From contig NDHX01000004.1 of the NCBI GenBank assembly GCA_013626165.1, forward strand, positions 565-64,564: DNA of 64,000 nucleotides, read 5' to 3'. The position numbers and the translations under genes are program-made. The stretch's first letter is position 1, and the number at the start of each line of letters is the position of its first letter. Under the pieces are notes generated by a model. The model worked only from the letters and a program-made list of their open reading frames with translations. It was not told the origin of the DNA and searched no databases. This document shows, piece after piece, positions 10,309 to 19,744 of the stretch. The DNA is from Candidatus Velesiimonas alkalicola. GTDB lineage: Bacteria; Omnitrophota; Gorgyraeia; Velesiimonadales; Velesiimonadaceae.

Positions 10309-10371
10309 ATTCTTTTTTCCCTTTTATTTTAACCACAGCTCTTTTTCAAGAAGGGCTGTGCCTTTTGCATC

Positions 10372-10854
10372 TTAGAGTTTGTTTTCATAAGACTTTACAC
10401 AGGGTTGAGTTTGCCCAAAAGACGCCCTGTCTTTTATCAATATACCATTCAGATGGTCTATCTCATGCTGTATGATTCTTGCTAAAAGTCCTTCTGCCTT
10501 AATTTTTATCTTCCGCCCCCTAACATTTATTCCATGGACAGTAATCTTCTTTGCTCTTTTAATTTTCCATGCTTCACCGGGAAGGCTTATACACCCCTCT
10601 TCTGCTGTCTCTTCGCCAGTGGTCCTTTCAATCTCGGGATTTATAATCTCAACAAGATTCTGATTGTCCATTACTATGATTATTCTTTTTGGTATTCCAA
10701 CCTGGTTTGCAGCAAGTCCTATCCCTTTTGAAGAATGCATTGTTTCTGCCATATCCTTAATCAGCACACATATACTATCGTCCACACAAGGAACCTGTTC
10801 TGCCTTTTTATAAAGGATTGGATCAGGGTATATACATATCTTTAATGCCGTCAT
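10372..10854 (-). CDS. def: Peptide deformylase
   Basis: GIGLAANQVG, EGCIS, QHEIDHLNG; start placed at MTALKI. Confidence 0.95.
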   Translation of the reverse strand: MTALKICIYPDPILYKKAEQVPCVDDSICVLIKDMAETMHSSKGIGLAANQVGIPKRIIIVMDNQNLVEIINPEIERTTGEETAEEGCISLPGEAWKIKRAKKITVHGINVRGRKIKIKAEGLLARIIQHEIDHLNGILIKDRASFGQTQPCVKSYENKL

Positions 10855-11701
10855 AATACATTTTTGCCTTATATGAACTTCGGACAAAAGGGCCCGACAA
10901 TACACGGGAAAATCCTATCCCGTATGCAACACATTTTAAGTATTCAAATATATGAGGTTCTATATATTCGAAAACAGGAAAATGTTCTTTGCTCGGAGAA
11001 AGATACTGCCCAATGGTTAAAACCCTGCATCCGCAACCAAAAAGAGCATTCATACAGTCAATAACCTCTTTCTGTTTTTCCCCTACGCCCAACATCATCC
11101 CTGATTTGGTAATAATGTTGCTTTTTTCTGAAACATATCTTATCACATCAAGTGACCTTCCATAATCTGCTCCTGGGCGAAGAACGGGATACATTCTTGG
11201 GACAGTTTCTATGTTATGACCGAACACATCAGGGTGTGCTTCTATAATTTTATCTAAAGAACTTTTAGAACCCTTGAAATCAGACGTAAGCACCTCAACT
11301 GTAACACCCTTCTGTGTTCTTCTAATTTCTTTTATGCATGAAACAAATTGCTCTGCTCCTCCATCTTCAAGGTCATCTCTTGTTACGGAGGTAATCACAA
11401 TATGAGAAAGTTTTAATTTTATTGTGGCCTGTGCAATCCTAGCCGGCTCAGTTTTGTCTATTTCTGCGGGGGTACCCTTTTGGACGGCACAAAACCTGCA
11501 ATTTCTTGTGCAAATGTTACCAAGTATAAGAAATGTTGCCACCCCATCATTAAAGCAAAGATTTTGATTGGGGCATTGGGCACTTGAGCAGACAGTATTT
11601 AGACCGGAGAGGATACTTCTTGTATGTTTAAATTTTTCCGATACATTAACAGTTCTTTTTATCCAAGAAGGATGGGAAGACTTAAAATGGGTTTTTTCCA
11701 T
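10823..11701 (-). CDS. lipA: Lipoyl synthase
   Basis: CX4CX5C (CSSAQCPNQNLC), CTRNCRFC, TSVTRDDL, VRSSY. Confidence 0.95.
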   Translation of the reverse strand: MEKTHFKSSHPSWIKRTVNVSEKFKHTRSILSGLNTVCSSAQCPNQNLCFNDGVATFLILGNICTRNCRFCAVQKGTPAEIDKTEPARIAQATIKLKLSHIVITSVTRDDLEDGGAEQFVSCIKEIRRTQKGVTVEVLTSDFKGSKSSLDKIIEAHPDVFGHNIETVPRMYPVLRPGADYGRSLDVIRYVSEKSNIITKSGMMLGVGEKQKEVIDCMNALFGCGCRVLTIGQYLSPSKEHFPVFEYIEPHIFEYLKCVAYGIGFSRVLSGPFVRSSYKAKMYYDGIKDMYIP

Positions 11702-11729
11702 TACATACCTTCATAGAAAGTTCAAAAAA

Positions 11730-11918
11730 TTAAAAATATCTGTTTTTTCGCCTTGCCTCTCTTGCGTCTTTTGCCTTCCTTTTCTTTCTCTCGCTTGGCT
11801 TCTCATAATATCTCTTTATCCTTACCTGTCTGAGAAGCCCTTCTCTTTCTACTTTTTTCTTTAACTTTCTCAGGGCCCTTTCAAGGCTTCCTTCTTTTCC
11901 TACATCAACCCTTGACAC
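11730..11918 (-). CDS. rpsU: 30S ribosomal protein S21
   Basis: SLERALRKLKKKVEREG...RYYEKPSERKKRK; GTG start after AGGAGG. Confidence 0.93.
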   Translation of the reverse strand: MSRVDVGKEGSLERALRKLKKKVEREGLLRQVRIKRYYEKPSERKKRKAKDAREARRKNRYF

Positions 11919-12012
11919 AAAATACCACCTCCTTGCCCGTTCACCAGAGCACCATTCACCCACTACCTGTCACCAGAGTCACCAGTTCTATGGTAGTTGT
12001 GCAGAGGTTTTA

Positions 12013-12669
12013 TCATTCCTGCTCAATCTTTGTTATGGCTTCAGGCAGTATTACAATTTCAACCCTTCTGTTTTCCTGTCTTCCTTCAGGTGTATCATTG
12101 CTTGCAACCGGCGAAAACTCACCCCAACCTGTTGCTGATATTCTTGTTGGTTCCATTTCCTTTGCATCCACAAAATAATGAAGTACCGAAAGTGCACGGG
12201 CTGATGATAATTCCCAGTTTGACTTCCATCCGGAATATTTTATAGGTTCACTGTCTGTATGCCCTTCAATATCTACATTCCTATCTATAAATCTTGTATT
12301 AAGTATATCAGCAACTTTATCCAATGTCAGACGCGCCTCTTCTCTTATTGTTGCCCTGCCTGAATCAAACAGTATCCTATCTAAAAATGTTATAACAATC
12401 CCTTTTTCAAGATGCTTGATTGTGAGTATTCTGTCGTCAATTTCACGTTTAAGACTTCGTTCAAGCTCATTCTTTTCCTTCAATAATCTGTCTGCAATAC
12501 CTTCTTTCTCCTTCTCTCTTAAAGCAATCAGAGCACCTAATTTATCCACCTCTTTCTGAAGAAGTGCAATCCTGTGAAGATCGTCAGGATGATGTCTTTG
12601 AACACTTACACACCCTGATACAAAAATAACTGCTGATGCCAAAACCCCCATTGCCCAACTTCCCTTCAT
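12013..12669 (-). CDS. OmpA/MotB-family peptidoglycan-binding lipoprotein with a coiled coil
   Basis: Lipobox-like VSGC; ILFDSG, IEGHTD, SNWELSSARA, NRRVEI; no motA nearby. Confidence 0.85.
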   Translation of the reverse strand: MKGSWAMGVLASAVIFVSGCVSVQRHHPDDLHRIALLQKEVDKLGALIALREKEKEGIADRLLKEKNELERSLKREIDDRILTIKHLEKGIVITFLDRILFDSGRATIREEARLTLDKVADILNTRFIDRNVDIEGHTDSEPIKYSGWKSNWELSSARALSVLHYFVDAKEMEPTRISATGWGEFSPVASNDTPEGRQENRRVEIVILPEAITKIEQE

Positions 12670-12851
12670 ATTATCCTCCTGGTATAATCTTCACCCTAGA
12701 CATCCTAGAGCGAATTTGTTGATAATGTATTAAAATATTTTAACATGTTAAAATATTTCTGTGTTTGACACATGCTCCTTTTTAGAAAGGCAAACACTCC
12801 CTGCCCTTTTAGAACTGAACCTTCTTTCATATTTTACTACTATTATTTTAT

Positions 12852-12880
12852 TTGTCAATTATTTTTAAACAATATATAAT
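12852..12880 (+). promoter_or_regulatory. Sigma70 promoter, probably giving a leaderless ugd transcript
   Basis: TTGTCA-N17-TATAAT, 7 nt before GTG 12888; no SD. Confidence 0.6.
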
Positions 12881-12887
12881 AATACTT

Positions 12888-14219
12888 GTGGAAGAAACTT
12901 CTATCACCAATTGCATAGATGACCTTTGTATTGCTGTGGTCGGAGCAGGTTATGTGGGGCTTACAGTTGCAGGTTTTTTTTCAGAACTCGGAAACAGTGT
13001 AACCTGCGTTGATAATAATTATCAGAAAATAGAGAACCTTAAAAAAAATAAAATTCCTATATATGAGCCAGGAATTGAATATCTTATTATAAAAAATAAA
13101 AAAAGGGGAACGCTTTCATTTTCTCATAGCATAAAAGAGGCAACAAAAAAATCAGATGTAATATTTATCTGTGCAGGAACACCCTCACATTCTGACGGAA
13201 GTCCAGATCTTTCAGCAATAGAGAGTGTAGTTGAACAGATTGCAAAGGCAATGGACAACTCATATAGGTTAATTGTAGAAAAAAGTACTGTTCCGGCACA
13301 CACAGGTAAAAAAATAAAACAGACTATATGCAGGAACAATCCTGCCGCAGTTTTTGATATAGCATCCAACCCTGAATTTTTAAGAGAGGGAAGCGCAGTC
13401 TATGACATATTTCATCCAGACAGGATTGTAATAGGCGTTGAAAGCAAAAAAGCAGAACAAATACTTACACGGCTTTATGAACATATAAAAGCACCCATTA
13501 TTGTTTGTGACATTGAGACAGCAGAGATAATAAAGCATGCCTCAAACTCATTCCTGGCAACAAAGATATCTTTTATAAATGCGGTTTCAAACATCTGTGA
13601 AAGGTTGGGTGCAGATATCAGAAAGGTCTCAGAAGGCATGGGGCTTGATAAAAGGATTGGAAAAGACTTTCTTAACGCAGGAATCGGATTTGGAGGTGCC
13701 TGTTTTCCCAAGGATTTAGATGCATTTATACATCTTGCACATACTGTGGGATATGACTTTGGTCTGTTAAGGGAGGTAAAAAAAATAAATGAGGAACAAA
13801 GAAAATACATGCTGAAAAAAATAGAAGATACATTATGGATAATAAAAGATAAAACAATAGGTGTGTTTGGTCTGAGCTTTAAGCCGGACACGGATGATAT
13901 ACGAAATTCGGTTTCAATAGAAGTAATAAAGTTGTTACAAAAACAGGGGGCTAAAATAAAATGTTATGACCCCAGGGCAATGGATGTAGCAAAAATTGTA
14001 TTGGATAAATCTGTCCAATTTTGCAAAAACATATATCAAACAGCAAAAGATTCAGACTGTCTTGTTATAATGACTGATTGGGAAGAGTTTAAAAATATGA
14101 ACTTAAAAAAAATTAAAAAAGCATTAAAACAACCGGTAATAATAGATGGGAAAAATATCTTTGAACACCAGAGTATGAAAAATTTGGGATTCATATATAA
14201 ATGTATCGGAAAAGACTGA
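12888..14219 (+). CDS. ugd: UDP-glucose 6-dehydrogenase
   Basis: VVGAGYVGL, EKSTVP, SNPEFLREG, GFGGACFPKD, GLSFKPDTDDIR. Confidence 0.95.
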   Translation: MEETSITNCIDDLCIAVVGAGYVGLTVAGFFSELGNSVTCVDNNYQKIENLKKNKIPIYEPGIEYLIIKNKKRGTLSFSHSIKEATKKSDVIFICAGTPSHSDGSPDLSAIESVVEQIAKAMDNSYRLIVEKSTVPAHTGKKIKQTICRNNPAAVFDIASNPEFLREGSAVYDIFHPDRIVIGVESKKAEQILTRLYEHIKAPIIVCDIETAEIIKHASNSFLATKISFINAVSNICERLGADIRKVSEGMGLDKRIGKDFLNAGIGFGGACFPKDLDAFIHLAHTVGYDFGLLREVKKINEEQRKYMLKKIEDTLWIIKDKTIGVFGLSFKPDTDDIRNSVSIEVIKLLQKQGAKIKCYDPRAMDVAKIVLDKSVQFCKNIYQTAKDSDCLVIMTDWEEFKNMNLKKIKKALKQPVIIDGKNIFEHQSMKNLGFIYKCIGKD

Positions 14220-14230
14220 TGATCTTAATC

Positions 14231-14370
14231 CCACACCCAAGAGGGTACCCGAGGCACCAAACAATATTCAATAACCAAATTACAATAACCAAACAATATT
14301 CAATTTTCAAATCTTAAATTACAAACTTTGGAATTGAGGATTTTGGGATTTCGGGCACCCTCTGGGTGTG
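14231..14370. repeat. MITE-like unit: ~20-bp inverted ends enclosing short AT-rich repeats
   Basis: cacacccaagagggtacccga ... tcgggcaccctctgggtgtg; internal caatattcaat and caataaccaaa repeats; related half-sites near 1507 and 18565. Confidence 0.6.
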
Positions 14371-14465
14371 TCATTCGTTTAGTACTAAAATTTTGTTGCA
14401 AAAATTATAAATAAATGTAAGATATCATAATAGATAGGTTTTGATATTTCTTTAAAAGAGGGGTT

Positions 14466-15530
14466 ATGAAAAAAATATTACAAAACATTAAAAGTTGGGT
14501 CGGAAGATTCGCTGGGTTTTTATCAACAGATATAGGGATTGACCTTGGGACATCAAACACACTTGTCTATGTTAAAGGGAGGGGGATATTAGTAGCAGAG
14601 CCATCGGTCATTGCCCTTGACAAGGAGACAAATACTGTTCTTGCAGTAGGCGAAGAGGCAAAAAGGATGCTTGGAAAAACCCCGGGCAATATTATTGCAA
14701 CCCGTCCTATGAAGGATGGTGTAATAGCAGATTTTCAGGTTTCTGAGGCAATGTTAAGATATTTTATAAAGAGGGTTCATAAGAGTGGAATATTTGTTCA
14801 TCCGAGGATTGTGATTGCGGTTCCATCCTGTATTACAGAGGTTGAACGAAGGGCAGTTACAGACTCTACGCTTCATGCAGGGGCAAGAGCAGTATATCTT
14901 GTAGAAGAGCCGATGGCAGCAGCAATAGGAGCAGGATTGCCTGTGCAGGAGCCAGCAGGAAATATGATTGTTGATATAGGTGGGGGGACAACCGAGATTG
15001 CAGTTATATCTCTTGCGGGTATTGTTTTTACAAAAAGCCTCAGGATTGGCGGAGATGAGATGGATGATGCTATTATCCAGCATCTGAAGAAAACATATAA
15101 CCTTTTGATAGGTGAAAGAACAGCAGAACGGATAAAAATAGAGATAGGCTCGGCATTCCCCATTGAAAATGAAATGACGATGGAGGTAAAAGGAAGGGAC
15201 CTTGCTGTGGGATTGCCAAAAGCCATCACAATATCATCTAAAGAAGTAAGACAGGCACTTTCCGAGCCCATATCTTCAATTATTGAAATTATAAGGATTG
15301 CGCTTGAAAGAACACCTCCTGAGCTTTCTTCAGACCTTGTTGAAAGAGGGATTGTTATGGCAGGAGGAGGCGCCCTTTTAAGAGGGATTGATAAACTTAT
15401 TTCAGAAGAAACAGGACTTCCTGTTCATATTGCGGAGGACCCGTTAAGTGTAGTAGCGTTGGGTACAGGAAAAATATTAGAATCTCCTTACTTAAAAAAG
15501 GTAACAGTAAGTGCCCGCCTTGAAAGTTAA
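14466..15530 (+). CDS. mreB: Rod shape-determining protein MreB
   Basis: [36 protein letters not shown]. Confidence 0.97.
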   Translation: MKKILQNIKSWVGRFAGFLSTDIGIDLGTSNTLVYVKGRGILVAEPSVIALDKETNTVLAVGEEAKRMLGKTPGNIIATRPMKDGVIADFQVSEAMLRYFIKRVHKSGIFVHPRIVIAVPSCITEVERRAVTDSTLHAGARAVYLVEEPMAAAIGAGLPVQEPAGNMIVDIGGGTTEIAVISLAGIVFTKSLRIGGDEMDDAIIQHLKKTYNLLIGERTAERIKIEIGSAFPIENEMTMEVKGRDLAVGLPKAITISSKEVRQALSEPISSIIEIIRIALERTPPELSSDLVERGIVMAGGGALLRGIDKLISEETGLPVHIAEDPLSVVALGTGKILESPYLKKVTVSARLES

Positions 15531-15532
15531 AT

Positions 15533-16315
15533 ATGACGCACACCAGGAGCAAGGGTTATGTTGTTCTGTTAATTTGTATCAGTATTTTTTTGATTGTGTT
15601 CCATAATAAAATCTTTTTTTTATCCCATCTGGATATTTTTTTTTATAAGATATCCCAAGGACCGCTTCTTTTTTTAAATAACATCTCCGCGCCGCTGAAA
15701 ATATTTAAACAAGTTCCAACCTTATACAAAGAAAACCAAAGATTAAAACAGCAGATAGCCGTTTTTAAAAATCAGGCGGTATTTTTACGGGAAATTGAAT
15801 CGGAGAATGAAAGATTGAAAGGGCTGCTTTCTTTAAAGGCCGGTTTCCCGAGGTTAACAACAGTTGCAAGGGTTGTTTCGCAGGAGCCATCTCTGTGGAG
15901 TTCTACGATTATCATTGATAAAGGGATAAAAGACGGGATTATAAAAAATTCACCTGTTTTAACATCAGCAGGATTGGTAGGATTTGTAAGCGAAAGTGGA
16001 GATAAAAATAGCAGAGTTATACTTTTACAGGATCCGAACTTTAGGGTTCATTCAATAGTTCAGAGAAGCAGAGTAACGGGGGTTTTTGAAGGAAAAATGG
16101 AAGGGCAAGGGATACTTAAATATGTCCCTGTTGATGCAGATGTCCAGAAAGGTGATTCTGTTGTAACATCAGGTATGGGGGGACTCTATCCAAAGGGGAT
16201 ATTTATAGGAACGGTTGAAGAGGTTGTGCGCCCCTTCGGGAGTAGATTTTGTCATATAAGGATTAAAATTGCAGTTGATTTTTCAAAGATAGAGGAGGTT
16301 ATCTGTATACGATAA
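15533..16315 (+). CDS. mreC: Rod shape-determining protein MreC
   Basis: N-terminal TM, ENERLKGLL coil, IDKG..DGI, VTSGMGGLYPKGI; synteny. Confidence 0.93.
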   Translation: MTHTRSKGYVVLLICISIFLIVFHNKIFFLSHLDIFFYKISQGPLLFLNNISAPLKIFKQVPTLYKENQRLKQQIAVFKNQAVFLREIESENERLKGLLSLKAGFPRLTTVARVVSQEPSLWSSTIIIDKGIKDGIIKNSPVLTSAGLVGFVSESGDKNSRVILLQDPNFRVHSIVQRSRVTGVFEGKMEGQGILKYVPVDADVQKGDSVVTSGMGGLYPKGIFIGTVEEVVRPFGSRFCHIRIKIAVDFSKIEEVICIR

Positions 16316-16326
16316 GTAAGGCACGG

Positions 16327-16785
16327 ATGTATCACTTAAACCCTTTTTGGTTTGCGATATTTTCAATCTTGATTCTATGGTTTGATATATCTTTTTTTAG
16401 AACAACAGCAATTCTTTATCTATATTTTTTATATATAATACTGTTTCAGGGTAAAGATTATGGGTTATGGTGTGGCGCCTGGGTTGGTTTTCTTATAGAT
16501 ATTTCTTGCCCAGATCCTTTGGGAACACATACAGGGACATTGGGAACGGTAGGACACATATTGGGAAAATATGCAAGAGTATTAAAAAAAGATGCCTGGT
16601 TTGTTCAAGTGTCCATTGCTTTTTTATCAATACTTGCGGCAAAAGTATTATCCCTGTCTTTGCTTTTTATATTTACAGATACCGTTGTTCTTTTAAGAAT
16701 TTTAGAAAATGTTTTTATTAAATCTTTTGGTATAGCCCTTTTGACGCCGTTTGTATTTTATATCTTTGGAAGGCTTAAAAAATAG
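16327..16785 (+). CDS. mreD: Rod shape-determining protein MreD
   Basis: Small polytopic membrane protein with GFLIDI, between mreC and mrdA. Confidence 0.8.
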   Translation: MYHLNPFWFAIFSILILWFDISFFRTTAILYLYFLYIILFQGKDYGLWCGAWVGFLIDISCPDPLGTHTGTLGTVGHILGKYARVLKKDAWFVQVSIAFLSILAAKVLSLSLLFIFTDTVVLLRILENVFIKSFGIALLTPFVFYIFGRLKK

Positions 16786-16786
16786 T

Positions 16787-18475
16787 ATGAATAACAGAAT
16801 TAAATATTTTGGTTTAGGAATATTTCTTTTTCTTTTTACTCTTATTATTATTCTATGGCATATCCAGGTTTTAAAAAATGAAAAGTATCTATTGCTATCT
16901 GAGAAGAACAGGATAAGGCTTGTTCCGATTGTAGCCCCGAGAGGAAATATACTTGACAGAAACGGTGTGGTTTTAGCCTTTGACAAACATTTTTTTGAAC
17001 TTGTTGCAGTGCCTCAAGATCTGTCAAAGAACAGGGAAGAATTAAAAGAACTGGCAAAAATTTGTGGCGTGGATGTAGAATATTTTCATAAAAAGATAAA
17101 AGAAAGATTTGTTGCACCGTTTTATCCCGTTGTTCTTTTAAGAGATGTTGAATTATCAAAAGTAATAAAGATTGAAGAACAAAATATAAGATTTCCAGGC
17201 ATAAGAGTAAGAGAGGTTTTCAGAAGGTATTATCCACAGGCTGAAACCTTTGCACACATTATCGGATATACAGCAAGGCCCACCTTGCTTGAGATTCTAA
17301 CTACTGAAGAATTTATAACAGATGAGGATTGGATAGGAAGAAGTGGTTTGGAAAAAACAATGGATGATGTTTTAAGAGGGAAAAACGGAGGAACGCAGGT
17401 TGAGATTGATAACAGAGGAAGAATGATAAGAACACTCAGTTGGAAAGGACCTGAACCCGGAACAGATATAAGACTAACAGTAGATGCGGGGTTGCAAGAG
17501 TTTGGGAAAAACCTGCTTGCTGGCAGAAAGGGTTCAATAGTTGTTCTTGATTGTTCCAGCGCAAGTATTCTTGCAATGGTAAGCAGTCCGTCTTATAATC
17601 CGAATTATTTTGTATCATCCGATAATCGTGTTACAGAAATATTAAATGATAGAAGATCCATAATGTTAAACAGGAGTTTATTGCCTTATCCGCCCGGTTC
17701 AATATTTAAAATTATAACAGCAATAAGCGGACTTGATAAAGAAATTATAAGTCCGTCCCAAACATTTCAATGTAGCGGAAGTATAGATATCGGGAATCAC
17801 AGAGTTCATTGTTTTGGCGCAAGAGCACATGGCAATGTAAATCTTCATAAAGGAATAACAGATTCTTGCAACACATATTTTGTAAATATCGGAAAAATGA
17901 TAGGTGTAGATAATATATCAACATATGCAAGGATATTTAACTTAGGAAGCCCTACTGGTATAGAGCTTCCATTTGAAAAAGGTGGACTTGTCCCCGATAG
18001 AATCTGGAAGAAAAAGAAAATCAACGAAGACTGGTATACAGGAGATACCGCAAACATTAGTATCGGCCAGGGGTATGTTCTTACAACTCCACTACAGATG
18101 GCAAATATGGCTCTTCTTGTTGCAAACAATGGGATATCTTTTAAACCACGCCTGATAAAAACAGAAACCAATCAGAATAAAAAAGTATCTATATTAAGCC
18201 CGGAAGTTTTCTTACCCTTAAAAGGCGCTATGGAAGATGTTGTCCGAAGAGGGACTGGAAGACTTGCAGGGGGCGATGGGATTTCTGTTGCAGGTAAAAC
18301 AGGAAGCGCACAGGTTGATAATAACAGATCACATGCATGGTTTATAGGTTATGCCCCCGTAAAAAATCCGCAGATTGCATTTGCAGTGTTTCTTGAATTT
18401 GGAGGGCGTGGCGGAGAAGAGCCTGCAATAATTGCAAAAAAAATTGTCCAGTATTGGATGGAGAATAGTAGATAG
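16787..18475 (+). CDS. mrdA: Penicillin-binding protein 2
   Basis: APRGNILDRNG, PGSIFK (SxxK), SCN, KTG. Confidence 0.94.
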   Translation: MNNRIKYFGLGIFLFLFTLIIILWHIQVLKNEKYLLLSEKNRIRLVPIVAPRGNILDRNGVVLAFDKHFFELVAVPQDLSKNREELKELAKICGVDVEYFHKKIKERFVAPFYPVVLLRDVELSKVIKIEEQNIRFPGIRVREVFRRYYPQAETFAHIIGYTARPTLLEILTTEEFITDEDWIGRSGLEKTMDDVLRGKNGGTQVEIDNRGRMIRTLSWKGPEPGTDIRLTVDAGLQEFGKNLLAGRKGSIVVLDCSSASILAMVSSPSYNPNYFVSSDNRVTEILNDRRSIMLNRSLLPYPPGSIFKIITAISGLDKEIISPSQTFQCSGSIDIGNHRVHCFGARAHGNVNLHKGITDSCNTYFVNIGKMIGVDNISTYARIFNLGSPTGIELPFEKGGLVPDRIWKKKKINEDWYTGDTANISIGQGYVLTTPLQMANMALLVANNGISFKPRLIKTETNQNKKVSILSPEVFLPLKGAMEDVVRRGTGRLAGGDGISVAGKTGSAQVDNNRSHAWFIGYAPVKNPQIAFAVFLEFGGRGGEEPAIIAKKIVQYWMENSR

Positions 18476-18642
18476 TAGGTAGGAGATAGTAGGTAGTAGG
18501 TAGGGAAAACCCCCCTCCTTTTATAAAGGAGGGTAGGGGTGGATTATCCTTTCAGTTTTGTGATTCGGGTACTCTTTGTGTGTGTTTCTTTTGCGGCATG
18601 CGAAGTTCGGGCGAGGTCTATGATATACAGGATACGGAATAT

Positions 18643-19743
18643 ATGAAAAATTTGTTGAACCTTATAAAAAAATCTGACCCTGTGCTTATCAGCAGTGTTA
18701 TCCTAATTCTATTGATAGGATGTCTGACACTTTACAGTGCATCATACCAGAGAAGTCTTATAACAGGCAAGAGTTATATTCTTACGCAGGTTTGTTGGAT
18801 AGTGATAGGATTTATTGTTTGTTTTGTGGTTATTTCTGTCCCTTATAAAAAGTGGATAGCGGCGGGTCCTTATTTATATGCTGCCGGACTTTTACTTCTT
18901 ATAGCGGTTCTTTTTTTTGGTTCCGTAAGAGGAGGAGCAAGAAGGTGGTTTACCGTTGCAGGTGTTTCTTTCCAACCCTCTGAAATGATAAGATTTGGTC
19001 TTGTTCTTATTCTCTCCTCTTATTTAGGACAAAGGCTGAACGAGAAGCATTCCTACAAACTTATTATTTTAGGCTTTCTTATGGCAATCCTTCCCGCAAT
19101 ACTTGTTCTTAAACAACCTAACCTTGGAATTGCTGTTAGTTTTTTGTTTATTACAGGTGTAATGCTCTGGGTGTGGGGGCTCAAATGGAAGCACTTCCTG
19201 ACGCTGTTAATATCGGGAATTGTGTCCGTTCCGCTCATCTGGCCTTTTCTTAGAGAGTATCAAAAACAAAGAATATTTGCATTCTTGAATCCCGAAAAAG
19301 ACCCCCTGGGTTCAGGTTACAGTATTATACAGTCAAGAATTGCTATTGGTTCAGGTGAATTCTGGGGCAGAGGGTGGATGCATGGGTCACAGAATAGACT
19401 AAATTTCGTCCCTGAAAAACATACGGATTTTATATTTTCAGTATTAAGTGAGGAATTCGGTTTTTTGGGGGCATCTGTTCTTATATTGCTTTTCGTAATA
19501 TTTTTTTACAGGTGTATAAAAATAGCACTACAAACTCATGATGCTTCTGCAAGACTGCTTGTTTTCGGTATGGCTTCAAGTATTTTATATCAGCTGGTTA
19601 TAAATATATCTATGACCATAGGCCTTGTGCCTGTTGTTGGTATTCCTTTGCCACTTATAAGTTATGGCGGTTCTAATATGCTTGTGGTGTTAGCAGGTAT
19701 AGGAATGATATTGAATATATCGGCAAGAAGAACTGTGTTTTAG
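18643..19743 (+). CDS. rodA: Peptidoglycan glycosyltransferase RodA
   Basis: GARRW, FQPSE, QSRIAIGSG, PEKHTDFIFS, LPLISYGGS. Confidence 0.95.
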   Translation: MKNLLNLIKKSDPVLISSVILILLIGCLTLYSASYQRSLITGKSYILTQVCWIVIGFIVCFVVISVPYKKWIAAGPYLYAAGLLLLIAVLFFGSVRGGARRWFTVAGVSFQPSEMIRFGLVLILSSYLGQRLNEKHSYKLIILGFLMAILPAILVLKQPNLGIAVSFLFITGVMLWVWGLKWKHFLTLLISGIVSVPLIWPFLREYQKQRIFAFLNPEKDPLGSGYSIIQSRIAIGSGEFWGRGWMHGSQNRLNFVPEKHTDFIFSVLSEEFGFLGASVLILLFVIFFYRCIKIALQTHDASARLLVFGMASSILYQLVINISMTIGLVPVVGIPLPLISYGGSNMLVVLAGIGMILNISARRTVF

Positions 19744-19744
19744 A

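Noticed and set aside
12013-12669. Flagellar stator MotB
   Set aside because: It has a lipoprotein-type signal, no TM Asp motif, and no motA or flagellar genes nearby.
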